Assembly: GCA_963765495.1 (NCBI GenBank) | Contig: CAVXWP010000005.1 | Location: 1 to 64,000, forward strand | DNA: 64,000 bases | Origin: Blastocatellia bacterium | GTDB lineage: Bacteria; Acidobacteriota; Blastocatellia; UBA7656 | Reading direction: 5' to 3' | Shown: piece after piece, positions 29,427 through 40,516 of the stretch | Position numbering within the stretch: the first letter of the stretch is position 1 | Layout: each line of letters opens with the position of its first letter | The notes under the pieces: generated by a model | Seen by the model: only the letters and a program-made list of their open reading frames with translations | What the model was told of the DNA's origin: nothing | Databases searched by the model: none | Made by a program: the position numbers and the translations under genes

Positions 29427-30671
29427 ATGCTCTCCAGATTGAAGCTGCTATTTAAGATTCTTTACAACCCTCTCCAGGCGATGGAAGAATTGCGGCTGGT
29501 CGCCCCCTATTTCTGGGGAGCGATGCTTGCACTCGTGGCTACCTTTCTTTACTACGATGCGCTCAACGGAGAGCTTCGCGTACTGCTCTCCCCGATCATA
29601 AATCATGAGCCCAGACCGAACTCTGTAGTGTTGTTTATTCACATCTTCTCTTTGATAGCAGGAAGCGCCGCGCCTATCATTTTTCTCGGAGCCGTCTTCA
29701 TTCCCGCCTGTCTGTTTGCGGCGAATTTACTCGAACGCCGTTCGAGCTTCGGCGTTTTGCTGCGCAGACAGTATGCGCCGCTTGCCAGTTGCGTGTTTTA
29801 TAGCTGGGCCGCCGCTCATGTGATAATGCTGATACCGGCACTGTTGATGTTTGATTCAAGCGCCCCGGGTCTGGAAGCCGTGGAGACGGCCCTGCGGTTT
29901 GTGCCCTTGCCTTATTTCGTCTTTCTTGTGACCATCGCGCTCAAGACCACGATTGAATTCAGTTACGGACGGGCGATTGGCACAATGGCGCTTGCGGCCC
30001 TCTCGCTTGTGGCCCTGCCCCTGCTGCCGGGATTGCTTTTCCTGCTCACCTCTCCCTTCCTGCTCATACTGGTTTTCTTCCTGCTCAGAGGTTTCTTCGG
30101 CGAGATGATCAGCGCGCAAAGATCACGCGAAGAGTTCAAGCAAAACCTCGAAGCCGCCACGCTCAACCCGGCCGACGCTTCGGCTCACTACAACCTGGGG
30201 TTGATCTACCAGCAGCGCGGCCAGTACGGAGAGGCTAAAGAGAGTTTCTTGCGTGCCGTCGAGATTGACCCCGATGAGACGGACGCGCATTACCAGCTGG
30301 GACGCATAGCTCGTGAAGAAGGAAATCTCGCCGAGGCCATCGCACGATTCGACGCGGTGGTTAGCCGCGCGAGCGACCACAGCATGAACGAAATATGGCG
30401 CGAGATAGGCCGGACCTATTTTCAGGCCGGACAGTTTGAAGACGCAAAGAGCGCCTTCGAGCGTTTCCTCGAAAAGCGCCCCTCGGATGCCGAAGGCCAT
30501 TACCGCTACGGAATAACGCTTCATCGCCTTGGCCGCCCGCGCGAGGCGGTATCAGAAATGCACGCCTGCATCGAAGCCGTCCGCACCTCGCCCGCCTATA
30601 AGTACCGCGCGGAAAAACGATGGATGAGCGAAGCCGAATCATTTCTGCGCTCTCAGGTAGCCGGGAACTAG
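29427..30671 (+). CDS. Yip1-like membrane protein with C-terminal TPR repeats
   Basis: About 6 TM helices, then AHYNLG / AHYQLG TPR motifs. Confidence 0.8.
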   Translation: MLSRLKLLFKILYNPLQAMEELRLVAPYFWGAMLALVATFLYYDALNGELRVLLSPIINHEPRPNSVVLFIHIFSLIAGSAAPIIFLGAVFIPACLFAANLLERRSSFGVLLRRQYAPLASCVFYSWAAAHVIMLIPALLMFDSSAPGLEAVETALRFVPLPYFVFLVTIALKTTIEFSYGRAIGTMALAALSLVALPLLPGLLFLLTSPFLLILVFFLLRGFFGEMISAQRSREEFKQNLEAATLNPADASAHYNLGLIYQQRGQYGEAKESFLRAVEIDPDETDAHYQLGRIAREEGNLAEAIARFDAVVSRASDHSMNEIWREIGRTYFQAGQFEDAKSAFERFLEKRPSDAEGHYRYGITLHRLGRPREAVSEMHACIEAVRTSPAYKYRAEKRWMSEAESFLRSQVAGN

Positions 30672-30851
30672 GGACCAAGGCAGGGGCCGGGGGCCAGGGG
30701 TCGGGGGCCGGGGCCGGAAGTTTGGTTACACCAAATTGACCCTCTCACGCTTTTTGCTGACACCCCTCTTCAGATTGGCCGTCGCTTTCTTGTCACCGGC
30801 TCCTAGCCCCCGCCTTGCGTCCCGTTCCCTCTAACCTGTAACCTGTCACCT
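30668..30851. repeat. GC-rich (GGGGCCG-type) heptamer element plus AACCTGT heptamers
   Basis: Tandem GGGGCCG variants at 30683-30716, complementary arm at about 30795-30815, TAACCTG repeats before carA. Confidence 0.65.
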
Positions 30852-32021
30852 ATGGAAGCCATTCTGGCGCTTGAAGATGGAAGAGTCTGGCACGGGCGCG
30901 CTTTCGGCGCTCAGGCTGTGGTCACGGGCGAAGTAGTTTTCAATACCGCGATGACCGGCTATCAGGAGATACTGACCGACCCCTCCTACCGGGGGCAGAT
31001 CGTGACCCTGACCTATCCGCTCATAGGCAATTACGGCGTAAACTCCGAAGACGCGGAATCAAATCGCCTGTTTACCGAAGGGCTTGTAATCAGGGAACTA
31101 TCACGCACGGTCTCGAACTGGCGAGCCGATCTCTCGCTTGATGAGTATCTGAAAAGAGCAAATATCCCCGGCATCTCCGAGATAGACACGCGCTCGCTTG
31201 TGCGCCACATAAGAAATCGCGGCTCGATGCGCGGCTGCCTTTCTACCCTGCGCGTTGATGAGGAAACCGTTATAGCCCGCGCGCGCTCCGCGCCTGAAAT
31301 GGTAGGTCTCGATCTTGCCTCGACCGTCACGTGTTCGGAGCCTTATGCCTGGACCGACGATCAATCCTACGCATACGGTTCTCCGGTACTGCTCCATCCG
31401 AATCTGAGGGCCGAAGCGGCCCCCGGAGTTTTACCCGCTCAGGCGGCCCTGAATCCGCGCTTTCACGTGGTCGCTTATGACTTCGGATTGAAGCACAACA
31501 GCCTTCGCAACATGGCCGCGCTCGGCTGTCGCGTAACGGTGGTCCCGGCGGGTACTTCTGCCGAAGACGTTATAGCTCTCAAACCCGACGGCGTGTGGCT
31601 TTCAAACGGACCGGGCGACCCGGAACCCCTGACCGGGGTTATCGCCAACCTCAGAAAACTGATCGGACGGTTTCCCGTCTTCGGAATCTGCCTCGGCCAT
31701 CAACTGCTCGGCCTGGCCTTTGGAGGGCGCACATACAAACTGCCGTTTGGTCATCACGGAGGCAACCAGCCTGTCAAAGACCTGACGACAGGCCGCGTAG
31801 AGATCACCGCGCAAAATCATGGCTTCGCCGTAGACGCAGATTCACTGCCTGCCGATTGCGAAGTAACTCACATCAATCTGAATGACAACACGGTCGAAGG
31901 ATTGAGACACAGAAATCTACCCGTCTACTCGGTTCAGTATCATCCCGAGGCAGGCCCCGGTCCCCACGATGCCGCGCATCTGTTCGACAGGTTTGTAGAG
32001 ATGATGGAAGCCAACCGTTGA
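30852..32021 (+). CDS. carA: Carbamoyl-phosphate synthase small subunit
   Basis: [33 protein letters not shown]. Confidence 0.97.
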   Translation: MEAILALEDGRVWHGRAFGAQAVVTGEVVFNTAMTGYQEILTDPSYRGQIVTLTYPLIGNYGVNSEDAESNRLFTEGLVIRELSRTVSNWRADLSLDEYLKRANIPGISEIDTRSLVRHIRNRGSMRGCLSTLRVDEETVIARARSAPEMVGLDLASTVTCSEPYAWTDDQSYAYGSPVLLHPNLRAEAAPGVLPAQAALNPRFHVVAYDFGLKHNSLRNMAALGCRVTVVPAGTSAEDVIALKPDGVWLSNGPGDPEPLTGVIANLRKLIGRFPVFGICLGHQLLGLAFGGRTYKLPFGHHGGNQPVKDLTTGRVEITAQNHGFAVDADSLPADCEVTHINLNDNTVEGLRHRNLPVYSVQYHPEAGPGPHDAAHLFDRFVEMMEANR

Positions 32022-32118
32022 AAACGCACAATCAACAATTGACCTTACCATGATCAGATCCGCGTAAATCCGTGTCATCCGTGGCCTATTTCCGTTTGCC
32101 TGATCTGCACAGAGCAAT

Positions 32119-33288
32119 TCAATCAACCTGCTGCACGCGGATGCCCTTCTCAACCACTCGATCAATATCGGGTTCATCCGGGCCTATGCGAATGCAGGCG
32201 GCCAGATGGTTTGGCGTGATAACTTTGAGCCGGGGTTTGATCTCGGAACATTCCTTTATCGCGTAAGGGCAGCGAGTGTGAAAGCGACAACCCGAAGGAG
32301 GGTTGATGGGCGAAGGCACATCGCCGGTCAAAACAATATGGCGGCGTTTGCGTTCGGCTACGGGGTCGGGCAGAGGCACGGCAGAAATCAGAGCGCGTGT
32401 GTAAGGCATCAATGGTTGCTCGTAGACTTCGCTTGCCCGGCCAAGCTCGACTATCTCTCCAAGATACATCACGGCTATGCGATCAGAGATGTGGCGCACG
32501 GCGCGCAGATCGTGCGAGATAAAGAGGTAAGTCAGACCGAACTGATTTTGAAGCCTCTCCATCAGATTCATGATCTGAGCCTGAATCGAGACATCGAGCG
32601 CCGAAATGGGCTCGTCGGCTACGATGAAATCCGGCTTTGCGGCAAGGGCGCGGGCTATGCCTACACGCTGGCGCTGCCCGCCTGAAAACTCGTGCGGATA
32701 GCGTTTGATGAATCCGGGATTCAACCCCACGGTCCGCATCAACTCCTGCACCTGCGCGTTAACGTCGCGGCCTTCGGCGAGATTGAACGTCTTTATCGGT
32801 TCAGAGATTATCGAGCCGACAGTCATGCGCGGATTGAGCGAAGCATAAGGGTCCTGGAAGATCATCTGAATGTGACGGCGGAAGGGGCGCACATCACCAC
32901 GCGAAAGCCGGGCCAGATCGACGAATCCATTTTTGCGGGCATCCCCCGACACCGCCTCCTTCTCTTCTCCCTCGCTGTGATAGAGAATCTCGCCCGCCGT
33001 GGGCTCGACGAGTCTGAGAACGGCTCGTCCCGCCGTAGTCTTTCCGCAACCCGATTCGCCCACGAGCCCCAGCGTTTCGCCTTTAAGAATGTCGAGCGAG
33101 ATGCCGTCAACGGCGCGCACCACGCGGTCGGTCTCGCGCCCGAGCAAGCGGGCTATCAACCCTGTGTTTGATTGATCGAAGTGAACCTTCAGATCGCGTA
33201 TCGAGATCAGCGTCTCGTCAGCGGTCGGATAAGGGCGACCGTTTGTGGCGGCCCCGGTCTCTCTTTCCAGATGATCTATAACTCGCAT
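32119..33288 (-). CDS. oppF: Oligopeptide ABC transporter ATPase
   Basis: [17 protein letters not shown]-terminal GCRFHTRCP. Confidence 0.92.
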   Translation of the reverse strand: MRVIDHLERETGAATNGRPYPTADETLISIRDLKVHFDQSNTGLIARLLGRETDRVVRAVDGISLDILKGETLGLVGESGCGKTTAGRAVLRLVEPTAGEILYHSEGEEKEAVSGDARKNGFVDLARLSRGDVRPFRRHIQMIFQDPYASLNPRMTVGSIISEPIKTFNLAEGRDVNAQVQELMRTVGLNPGFIKRYPHEFSGGQRQRVGIARALAAKPDFIVADEPISALDVSIQAQIMNLMERLQNQFGLTYLFISHDLRAVRHISDRIAVMYLGEIVELGRASEVYEQPLMPYTRALISAVPLPDPVAERKRRHIVLTGDVPSPINPPSGCRFHTRCPYAIKECSEIKPRLKVITPNHLAACIRIGPDEPDIDRVVEKGIRVQQVD

Positions 33289-33342
33289 GCTTTTTCCTCA
33301 CCGATTGCGTTACCTGCAAAAGTACAAAACAACTTTCTCTTT

Positions 33343-33371
33343 TTCATCCCTCATCCCTCATCCCTCATCCC
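33343..33371. repeat. (TCATCCC)4 heptamer tract
   Basis: Read directly between oppD and oppF. Confidence 0.85.
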
Positions 33372-33376
33372 TTCGA

Positions 33377-34357
33377 TCACCTGACCCAGCAAAGCGACCA
33401 GTGATCTTCGTCCACTTTATGATAAGGAGGGAACGCCTCGCGGCACTTATCAATCACCTCGGGACATCGGTCTGCAAAGGGGCATCGGCTCTCGGACAGA
33501 TTCGTCAAATCGGGCGGCAGCCCCTTTATTTGAAAAAGCTCTTCGTGCGGCGCGGTCGGATCGGGAACCGATTTGAGCAGCGCGCGCGTGTAAGGGTTCT
33601 GCGGATTGCGGAACAACTCTTCCGTAGGAGCCGATTCAAAGATGTGACCCGCGTACATAACGACTATGTGATCGGTCATCCCGGCCACAAGTCCCAGGTC
33701 GTGAGTTATCAGTATGACCGATGTGCCCGTCTCTTGTTTCAACTCTTTTATCAGTTCCAGTATCTGCGCCTGTATGGTCACATCGAGCGCAGTCGTCGGC
33801 TCGTCGGCTATGAGCAGACGAGGTTTGCAAGACAGCGCCATCGCTATCATAACTCTCTGGCGCATGCCGCCAGAGAACTGATGCGGGTAACTGTCCAGGC
33901 GCGCGCGCGCATCGGGTATGCCGACCATCTCAAGCATCTTTACGGCGTGTTCATATGCCTGGTCTTTTGTGTAGCCGAGATGCAGGCGGGTGATCTCCAT
34001 CAATTGCGTAGAGATTCGCATGAAGGGATTGAGCGAAGTCATAGGGTCTTGAAAGATCATCGCCACCTGACCGCCGCGAATCTTTCGCAGTTCACCCTCG
34101 GAGAGCTTTAATAAGTCTCTGCCTTCGAATATCACCTCTCCGCCCGCGATCCACCCGGGCGGTTGTGGGATGAGGCGGACTATCGAAAGATTTGTGACCG
34201 ATTTGCCCGAGCCGCTTTCGCCCACGATGCCGAGCGTCTCGCCTTTCTTCAGATCGAAACTCACGCCGTCAACGGCCTTCACAAGACCATCCTCCGAGCG
34301 GAAGTATGTCTTGAGGTCGCGGACTGAAAGCAGGTTATTGTTGCCATTACTATTCAT
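33377..34357 (-). CDS. oppD: Oligopeptide ABC transporter ATPase
   Basis: [26 protein letters not shown]. Confidence 0.92.
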   Translation of the reverse strand: MNSNGNNNLLSVRDLKTYFRSEDGLVKAVDGVSFDLKKGETLGIVGESGSGKSVTNLSIVRLIPQPPGWIAGGEVIFEGRDLLKLSEGELRKIRGGQVAMIFQDPMTSLNPFMRISTQLMEITRLHLGYTKDQAYEHAVKMLEMVGIPDARARLDSYPHQFSGGMRQRVMIAMALSCKPRLLIADEPTTALDVTIQAQILELIKELKQETGTSVILITHDLGLVAGMTDHIVVMYAGHIFESAPTEELFRNPQNPYTRALLKSVPDPTAPHEELFQIKGLPPDLTNLSESRCPFADRCPEVIDKCREAFPPYHKVDEDHWSLCWVR

Positions 34358-34372
34358 GGTTTTAGTACTCTT

Positions 34373-34451
34373 AGTTTTGAGTTTTGAGTTTTGAGTTTTG
34401 AATTCAGACGACTCGCCTGAATTCAAAACTCAAAACTCAAAACTCAAAACT
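34373..34451. repeat. Perfect 35-bp inverted repeat built of TTTTGAG heptamers
   Basis: AGTTTTGAGTTTTGAGTTTTGAGTTTTGAATTCAG, 9-nt loop, exact reverse complement. Confidence 0.92.
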
Positions 34452-34455
34452 GCAT

Positions 34456-35469
34456 TCACACTTTCCTCATCTGCGGGTCGAGCGCATCGCGCAAGCCGTC
34501 GCCTAAAAAGTTAAGGCTGAACAAAGTGAGCGCCATCATTATGCCGGGCGCTATGAGCAACAGCGGATGAACCGCTATGGCCTGCGCGCCTTCATTTGCA
34601 AGCACACCCCAGCTTGGCATCGGCGGCTGCACTCCCAAACCTAAAAAGCTCAAAAAGGCTTCCTGCAAAATCACCGAAGGGACCGTGAGCGTTGCATAGA
34701 CGATAACCGGCCCGAGCGTGTTCGGTATGATATGGCGAAAGATTATCTTGATGTTTGAAACGCCTATCGAGCGCGCCGCTTCTATGAATTGTTCGTTTTT
34801 GAGAGAGAGAACCTGACCGCGAACTATTCGCGCCATCGTGAGCCACGAGACCGCGCCAAGCGCGGCAAAGAGCAGAAACAGGCTCCGCTCGAAAAGCGCG
34901 AGCAGGATGACGACGAGTATGATATAAGGCAGCGAATAAATCACGTCAACGATTCGCATCATCACATCGTCGGTGCGCCCGCCGAAATACCCGGCCGTCG
35001 CGCCGTAGGTCACGCCTATCACAAGCGAGACGAGTGTCGAGACAAGCCCGACCATAAGGCTTATGCGGCTGCCGTAGAGCAGGCGGGCCAGCAGGTCGCG
35101 CCCGAGTATGTCCGTCCCAAGCGGGTGCAGCCACGTAGGGTCGGCAAGGCGGCTCGAAAGGTCCTGTGTCTGATAGGTGAAACCGTTATAAAGATAAACA
35201 AGCCACGGGCCTGCGAGCGCAAACAAGACGACTACGACGACAATGATGCCGCCCGCGACCGCAAGCTTGTTGCGGCGCAACCGCTTCCACGCATCCTGCC
35301 AGAGGCTCACACCCTCGATGACCTCGGCCTGTTCCATACGAACGGTTGGGAATGAACCGCCAAGGTCGCCGCCTATTATGCCTTCGGGAGAGGCGACCAC
35401 GCGGTCGCGCGCGTCGCGCGGGCCTTCTATGATCAATTCTTTTCTGCTCATCTGTTCACCCTTGCTCAC
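34456..35469 (-). CDS. oppC: Oligopeptide ABC permease
   Basis: HPLGTDILGRD, EAARSIG, LGDGLRDALDP. Confidence 0.93.
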   Translation of the reverse strand: MSKGEQMSRKELIIEGPRDARDRVVASPEGIIGGDLGGSFPTVRMEQAEVIEGVSLWQDAWKRLRRNKLAVAGGIIVVVVVLFALAGPWLVYLYNGFTYQTQDLSSRLADPTWLHPLGTDILGRDLLARLLYGSRISLMVGLVSTLVSLVIGVTYGATAGYFGGRTDDVMMRIVDVIYSLPYIILVVILLALFERSLFLLFAALGAVSWLTMARIVRGQVLSLKNEQFIEAARSIGVSNIKIIFRHIIPNTLGPVIVYATLTVPSVILQEAFLSFLGLGVQPPMPSWGVLANEGAQAIAVHPLLLIAPGIMMALTLFSLNFLGDGLRDALDPQMRKV

Positions 35470-36461
35470 TCATACCTGATTCGCGGATCGATATAGGCGT
35501 ATGCGATATCAACCAGCAGGTTCAGCATCATCAGCGCAACCGCGACGAATGCCGTTATCCCAAGCAACAGAAAGTGGTCGCGGTTGTTTGCCGCGTCAAT
35601 GAAGTAGCGGCCAAGCCCCGGCACTGAAAATATCGTCTCGACCACGATGGTCCCGCTTATCAAAAAGGCGAGTGCCGGACCCGTAAAACTCACAACCGGA
35701 AGTATCCCGCCGCGAAGCGCGTGGCCGAGCACGACCCGCCATTCGGAAAGACCCTTTGCCCGCGCCGTTCTTATGTAATCCTGCCTGAGCGTTTCAAGCA
35801 TCCCGCTGCGAGTCATTCGCGCGATATAGGCTACGTAAACCGCAGAGAGCGTCAGCGCAGGCAACATCAGCGAAGAGAGCGTGGGAATGCGCAGGTAGCC
35901 CCACTCGTAAGCCCACTCCATACGCGCGGGCGGGAACCAGAAAAGCGTAAGGCTGAATACTATGACCAGAAGCGGGCCGAGCACGAAATTCGGGATAGAG
36001 ACTCCCATCATCGCGCCCGACATCGTTGTGTAATCGAGCCACGAATTTTGCTTGAGCGACGAGAGTATGCCGGTCGTAAGACCTATGACGAGCGCGATCA
36101 GATAAGCCGTGAGCCCGAGAATCATCGAGACGGGCAGCGCTTCCTTGATGATGTCGTTTACGCGTCGGTCTTTGTACTTGGTCGAATCGCCGAAGTCCGG
36201 GTAAGGGTGCCACGAATAGCTTTTGGTTTCGGTGTCGTATGTGAAGCCGATCATGCGCCCCATAAAGCGCGTGTATTGCTTCCACTTCGGCTGATCGAAC
36301 CCGTACTTGGCATTCAGGTTTGCTTCGATTTCGGGCGGGAGCTTGCGCTCGCTGCTGAAGGGAGAACCGGGCGCGAGGCTCACCATAAAAAAGGTTATCG
36401 TCAGCACAAGAAGCACCAGCGGAACCATTATTATCAATCTTCTGAGAACGAATCTGAGCAT
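35466..36461 (-). CDS. oppB: Oligopeptide ABC permease
   Basis: APGSPF, DYIRTARAKGL, ETIFSVPGLG, IDPRIR. Confidence 0.93.
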   Translation of the reverse strand: MLRFVLRRLIIMVPLVLLVLTITFFMVSLAPGSPFSSERKLPPEIEANLNAKYGFDQPKWKQYTRFMGRMIGFTYDTETKSYSWHPYPDFGDSTKYKDRRVNDIIKEALPVSMILGLTAYLIALVIGLTTGILSSLKQNSWLDYTTMSGAMMGVSIPNFVLGPLLVIVFSLTLFWFPPARMEWAYEWGYLRIPTLSSLMLPALTLSAVYVAYIARMTRSGMLETLRQDYIRTARAKGLSEWRVVLGHALRGGILPVVSFTGPALAFLISGTIVVETIFSVPGLGRYFIDAANNRDHFLLLGITAFVAVALMMLNLLVDIAYAYIDPRIRYE

Positions 36462-36465
36462 AACC

Positions 36466-38427
36466 TTATTCCCTCTCTGCCACCTGATCGTCGGTTGCGC
36501 CCGGCTGCCAGTTGCTGTCTATCCAGATGTACTTGAACGGATGCTGATCGAGTATGTTGACATCGACGCCGCGTATGTAAGGCTTTTGAAGATAGAACCA
36601 GGCGTAAATGTAAAGCGGCACAATCGGCATCGCCTTTAGAAAATAGCGTTCGCTGTCGGCAAGCTTTTTCATACGCTCGGCAGGATCGGCGGTTGAGTTG
36701 GCTTCCGCAAGCAAGGCGTCATATTTGGGATCGGTCCAGCCGGAGCCGTTGTTGACCGAGCCCCGGACCCAGAGATCGAGATAGGTATTCGGGTCTACGT
36801 AATCGCCTATCCACCCGCGCCGAGCCACGCCGTTGTATTGAAGGTTGTCGAGCGTTTCGAGATAGACTTTCCATTCCTGATTAACGAGCACCGCGTCTAT
36901 GTTCAACTCTTTACGCCATTGCTGCTGAACTATCTCGGCAATCTGTTTGTGAGTTTCGAGCGTGTTGAAGAGAATCTCTACCTTGAGCTTTCGTCCGTCG
37001 CGCCCCACACCGTTTGGATAACCGGCTTTCGCCAGTAACTCGCGCGCAGCGGCCGGGTCGTAAGAGAGCACGTCATAAGTCTTGCCGTCTATTTTTACGT
37101 CGAGGCTCTCAGGCACATCGTAGCCTTCGATTGGAGGAACAAGGTTATGTGCAGGAATCTGGCCCGCGGCCGTGAAATCGGTTATCGCTTTTTTGTCTGT
37201 CGCCATGTTTAGCGCATAGCGCAGGAGCACGTTATCAAACGGCGGCTTTTTGGTGTTTATCAAATAATAGTAGCTGCCAAGAGAAGGCGTGATGTGAAAA
37301 TCGGCTCGCTTTCGCAAATAGTTTATAAAAGTCTGCGGGACCGCATTTGCCTGCATCATATCGGCATCGCCCGCCTTGTAGAGATTCACGTTCGTAGTGT
37401 TATCGGTGATGGGCAGGATCGTGATCTTATCGAGCGCTACAAGATCGGCTTCGTAATATTCAGGGTTTTTGACTACGACGATTTTGTCGTAGGGCCGCCA
37501 CTCCTTCATGGTGAACGCGCCGCTTGTGATCATATACTGAGGCTGAATCCACGAGGATTCCAGACCGCGCGCGCGCGCGGCTTCGATAGCCTGTCGCGGG
37601 ACCGGGAAGAAGATATGATGCGACTGCATCTTCACAAAAAAGGCCGTGGGTGCGCGCATATCTACCTGAAAAGTGAAGTCATCAAGCGCCCGCACGGCCA
37701 GGTCTTCGGGTTTGAATTTTATGACATCGGATTTCGCAGCAAGCTCGGCGAGTTTCTGATCGGTCTTGATCTGTTCTTCGGTCGCGGTTATTTCGCTACC
37801 TGTCGCGGGGTCCGTGAGAAATCGGCCCGACTGAGGATCGCGGAAATGTACTTTGCCCGCGTTGATCTCTTCGGCGTTTTTGACGTAGTAAAGCAGGCTG
37901 GCGTAATCGGCTGCCGTCGCCGGATCGACCACGCGCCGCCAGGAATAGACAAAATCATTTGCCGTGATTACGGTGCCGTCGCTCCATCGCGCAGGCACAT
38001 TGTCGGGCGGGGCCGAGTGCCCACGCGAAAAATCCTCTTTGAGCTTGCCCGATTGGTACTCTTCACGAAGCGTATCGGTGTTTGGCAGTGGCGTGCCTTT
38101 TGGCGCAAGGTTCCCGCGAAGGTAAAAAGTAAACTGTGTATTATCGGCATTCGTCTCATAGTGCGTGGCAAGCGCAGCCATCGGCTCAAGCGTCTTCGGG
38201 TGATACTTGGTCAGACCTTCAAAAAGAGCGTCTATGATGTGGCTTTCAGGGACCCCGGTCGCTTTTTCCGGGTCGAGCGTCTCGGGCTCGGTGGCATTCT
38301 CGTAGATGATTTCCTGCTTATCGGGCGGGGTGATCTTGCCGAAATACTGGCCGCCTGTCGAGCACGCGCTAAAGGCTAACAGACCCGCCAGTACGATTGA
38401 AAGCGCCGCTTTTTGATGTGATCCCAT
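36466..38427 (-). CDS. oppA: Oligopeptide-binding lipoprotein
   Basis: Lipobox FSA-C, EPETLDP, WSDG..ITANDFVYSW, GWIGDYVDP. Confidence 0.92.
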   Translation of the reverse strand: MGSHQKAALSIVLAGLLAFSACSTGGQYFGKITPPDKQEIIYENATEPETLDPEKATGVPESHIIDALFEGLTKYHPKTLEPMAALATHYETNADNTQFTFYLRGNLAPKGTPLPNTDTLREEYQSGKLKEDFSRGHSAPPDNVPARWSDGTVITANDFVYSWRRVVDPATAADYASLLYYVKNAEEINAGKVHFRDPQSGRFLTDPATGSEITATEEQIKTDQKLAELAAKSDVIKFKPEDLAVRALDDFTFQVDMRAPTAFFVKMQSHHIFFPVPRQAIEAARARGLESSWIQPQYMITSGAFTMKEWRPYDKIVVVKNPEYYEADLVALDKITILPITDNTTNVNLYKAGDADMMQANAVPQTFINYLRKRADFHITPSLGSYYYLINTKKPPFDNVLLRYALNMATDKKAITDFTAAGQIPAHNLVPPIEGYDVPESLDVKIDGKTYDVLSYDPAAARELLAKAGYPNGVGRDGRKLKVEILFNTLETHKQIAEIVQQQWRKELNIDAVLVNQEWKVYLETLDNLQYNGVARRGWIGDYVDPNTYLDLWVRGSVNNGSGWTDPKYDALLAEANSTADPAERMKKLADSERYFLKAMPIVPLYIYAWFYLQKPYIRGVDVNILDQHPFKYIWIDSNWQPGATDDQVAERE

Positions 38428-38900
38428 TTTGTGCTCCACTTGCGTGATTATGAATTTCGGAAAGCGCGAGCGAGATACACAACCATCCAGCAGTCGCGCC
38501 AAACAGGGGAGAGTAGAAATAATTCCACCGATCTGATTTCGGCACGATTATCATGGGTTTAGTCAGCAATAACCGCGCCAAACTATATCCCCGAGTAAAT
38601 TGATGCTTTTTGGCGCTTCCATAGTTGGCTAAAGCCGCAAACGGGCGCTGATGCGACGATAGTTTGCGGATCATTCCTGAAAAAAAGAGGCGTGTTTTAT
38701 CGCTTTGGACTGGCTTTTTTAGATATTTCGAGTTACAACAGAATCGCAACAGGAAAATGGCTCGGAGCATGATAAAATAGAATAGTCAGATAATGAAGAG
38801 AATCTGACGGGGATTGCAACAAGCAACTTTGAAAGAACAGAAAAGAATCGAAGTGCAGGACAACGCAGATTGTCGTACAGAAGGGGAGGATAATTTAAGG

Positions 38901-39539
38901 ATGAAGAACAGAAATAGAATCACTTTGCTCAAGAAGGCGAGCGTGCTCGCATTTGTATTCGCTTTCGCCGTTCTTGCCCAGGCGGGAAATGCTTTTGGGG
39001 CAGACAACAATTCAAAGAATCCAAACAACAAATTTCAATCCATACACATAAAAAATTTCGGCCAGATGGACGAGCATATATATCGCGGCGCGCAACCTGA
39101 CGAAGAGGATTACAAAGACCTGGCCGCGCTCGGAGTCAAGACCGTTGTCGATTTGAGAGACGATCCTACCTCGTATGAAAAGCCGATGGTTGAATCACTC
39201 GGGATGCGCTATATCAACATCCCTATGAGCGATAAAAAGAGACCGACGGATGAAGAGATAAACAGGTTTCTCGAAATAGCGAACGACTCGGCCAGCGGTC
39301 CGCTTTACATTCACTGCGCGGGCGGACGCCATCGCACAGGCGTGATGGGGGCGGTCTATCGTTTCAACCATTACGGCTGGAATTTCGATCAGGTCTACAA
39401 AGAGATGAAGGATTATGATTACTATTCGCGCTGGGGTCACGGCGCGCTGAAGGATTATGTCAAGGATTATTATGACCGAATACAAGAGGGGCAGATCGTA
39501 GTTTCCACCGGTGAGGCGGCAAGCGCCACCTCGCGTTAA
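38901..39539 (+). CDS. Secreted dual-specificity/tyrosine phosphatase family protein
   Basis: Signal peptide (AFG-A), YRGAQP, P-loop HCAGGRHRTG. Confidence 0.88.
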   Translation: MKNRNRITLLKKASVLAFVFAFAVLAQAGNAFGADNNSKNPNNKFQSIHIKNFGQMDEHIYRGAQPDEEDYKDLAALGVKTVVDLRDDPTSYEKPMVESLGMRYINIPMSDKKRPTDEEINRFLEIANDSASGPLYIHCAGGRHRTGVMGAVYRFNHYGWNFDQVYKEMKDYDYYSRWGHGALKDYVKDYYDRIQEGQIVVSTGEAASATSR

Positions 39540-39575
39540 GCCCACCTCGTGTTAAGCATAGCACCCTCCTTTCGC

Positions 39576-39619
39576 AAACAAGAGAGCCGCCCCAAATGAT
39601 TGGAGCGGCTCTCTTGTTT
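39576..39619. terminator. Bidirectional intrinsic terminator
   Basis: AAACAAGAGAGCCGC...GCGGCTCTCTTGTTT between convergent genes. Confidence 0.8.
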
Positions 39620-39658
39620 TGTGGCTGTCGTCAGGAAATCTTCAGACCAATGAAATCT

Positions 39659-39901
39659 TCAGACCAATCTGGTTGGCTCGGCAGGTTGCGGATCACCAAT
39701 CGGGACAGGCTCAGATTGATCTTCGGGCATTCCGGGTTGATCCGGCGGCATCTCTACTGGCGGGTGCGAGCGTCCGGGCGGGACAGGTTGTTGCCCGGCG
39801 TCCGTATCCGTATCCGTCGGCATTTCCACATCGGGATTGGACGTATCCCCTGCCGTCGGGTCTTCGATGTTTGGATTGCCTCGAAAATACCTTTCTTCCA
39901 T
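39659..39901 (-). CDS. Small acidic Pro-rich disordered protein (80 aa)
   Basis: GAGAGG RBS; P/D/E-rich; PIGDP..EP.RLV ending. Confidence 0.65.
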   Translation of the reverse strand: MEERYFRGNPNIEDPTAGDTSNPDVEMPTDTDTDAGQQPVPPGRSHPPVEMPPDQPGMPEDQSEPVPIGDPQPAEPTRLV

Positions 39902-39967
39902 ACCTCTCTCTTTCTTTCTCCCGCTTGCTCGTTATTACTCGTTATTACTCGATCAGATTGAGCGCCG

Positions 39968-40456
39968 TTACCTGACCCTTTCTGCGCCCGCGGCTTCCAT
40001 GATTTTCTTGGCCTGATCGGCTCGATCATCGTGAGTGTATACGCCTACCAGAATCCCGCCTTGTTCGATCTCTTCGTTGTAAAACCTGGCTTCGTGCTCG
40101 GGTATACCGAGCCCGACCAGAGCGCCCGTCACCCCGCCTGCGGCCGCGCCTGCGCCAAGTCCTGCCAGTGTCGCCACTATAGGCCCTGCCGCGACCAGTC
40201 CTACGCCGGGAATAGCTATAATCCCGACCGCAACCAGCCCGGCTGCGATTGCGCCTATCACGCCTCCGATGGCCGCGCCTGTAGCCGCGCCTTCGGGGGC
40301 TTTGGTTGCCATTTGAAGCCCGAACTCGCGGCCTCGCGTAGCATCACTCATAAGCAAACTTATATCATCGCGCGAGAATCCATAATGAACCAGGTCTTCG
40401 ACCGCGTGCTCCGAGCTTGATCGTGACTTGAATAAACCGGATACCAATGTTGCCAT
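39968..40456 (-). CDS. General-stress glycine-zipper membrane protein
   Basis: AGGAGGG RBS; EGAATGAAIGG...IPGVG.VAAGP...LGIPEHEARFY. Confidence 0.82.
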   Translation of the reverse strand: MATLVSGLFKSRSSSEHAVEDLVHYGFSRDDISLLMSDATRGREFGLQMATKAPEGAATGAAIGGVIGAIAAGLVAVGIIAIPGVGLVAAGPIVATLAGLGAGAAAGGVTGALVGLGIPEHEARFYNEEIEQGGILVGVYTHDDRADQAKKIMEAAGAERVR

Positions 40457-40500
40457 AAAACTCCCTCCTTAAAACCCTAATCTCCGCTCATGGGTAATAT

Positions 40501-40516
40501 TGCAACGCTGATGCCA
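40501..40516 (-). promoter_or_regulatory. Putative sigma54 promoter
   Basis: TGGCATCAGCGTTGCA, 45 bp upstream of ATG 40456. Confidence 0.7.

Noticed and set aside
21494-32021. lpxA and carA lying apart from their usual operon partners
   Set aside because: Dispersal of these genes is common and not informative alone.
29355-34426. N-terminal KTQNSKL extensions of ORFs 29355 and 34426
   Set aside because: They are translations of the heptamer elements; downstream ATGs (29427, 34357) fit better.
29337-34451. Repeat tracts as CRISPR arrays
   Set aside because: Units are 7 bp in tandem with no unique 30-40 bp spacers, and there are no cas genes.
32119-38427. opp operon as importer for the putative subtilase peptides
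   Set aside because: It is separated by unrelated housekeeping genes, and a membrane sensor would not need import.
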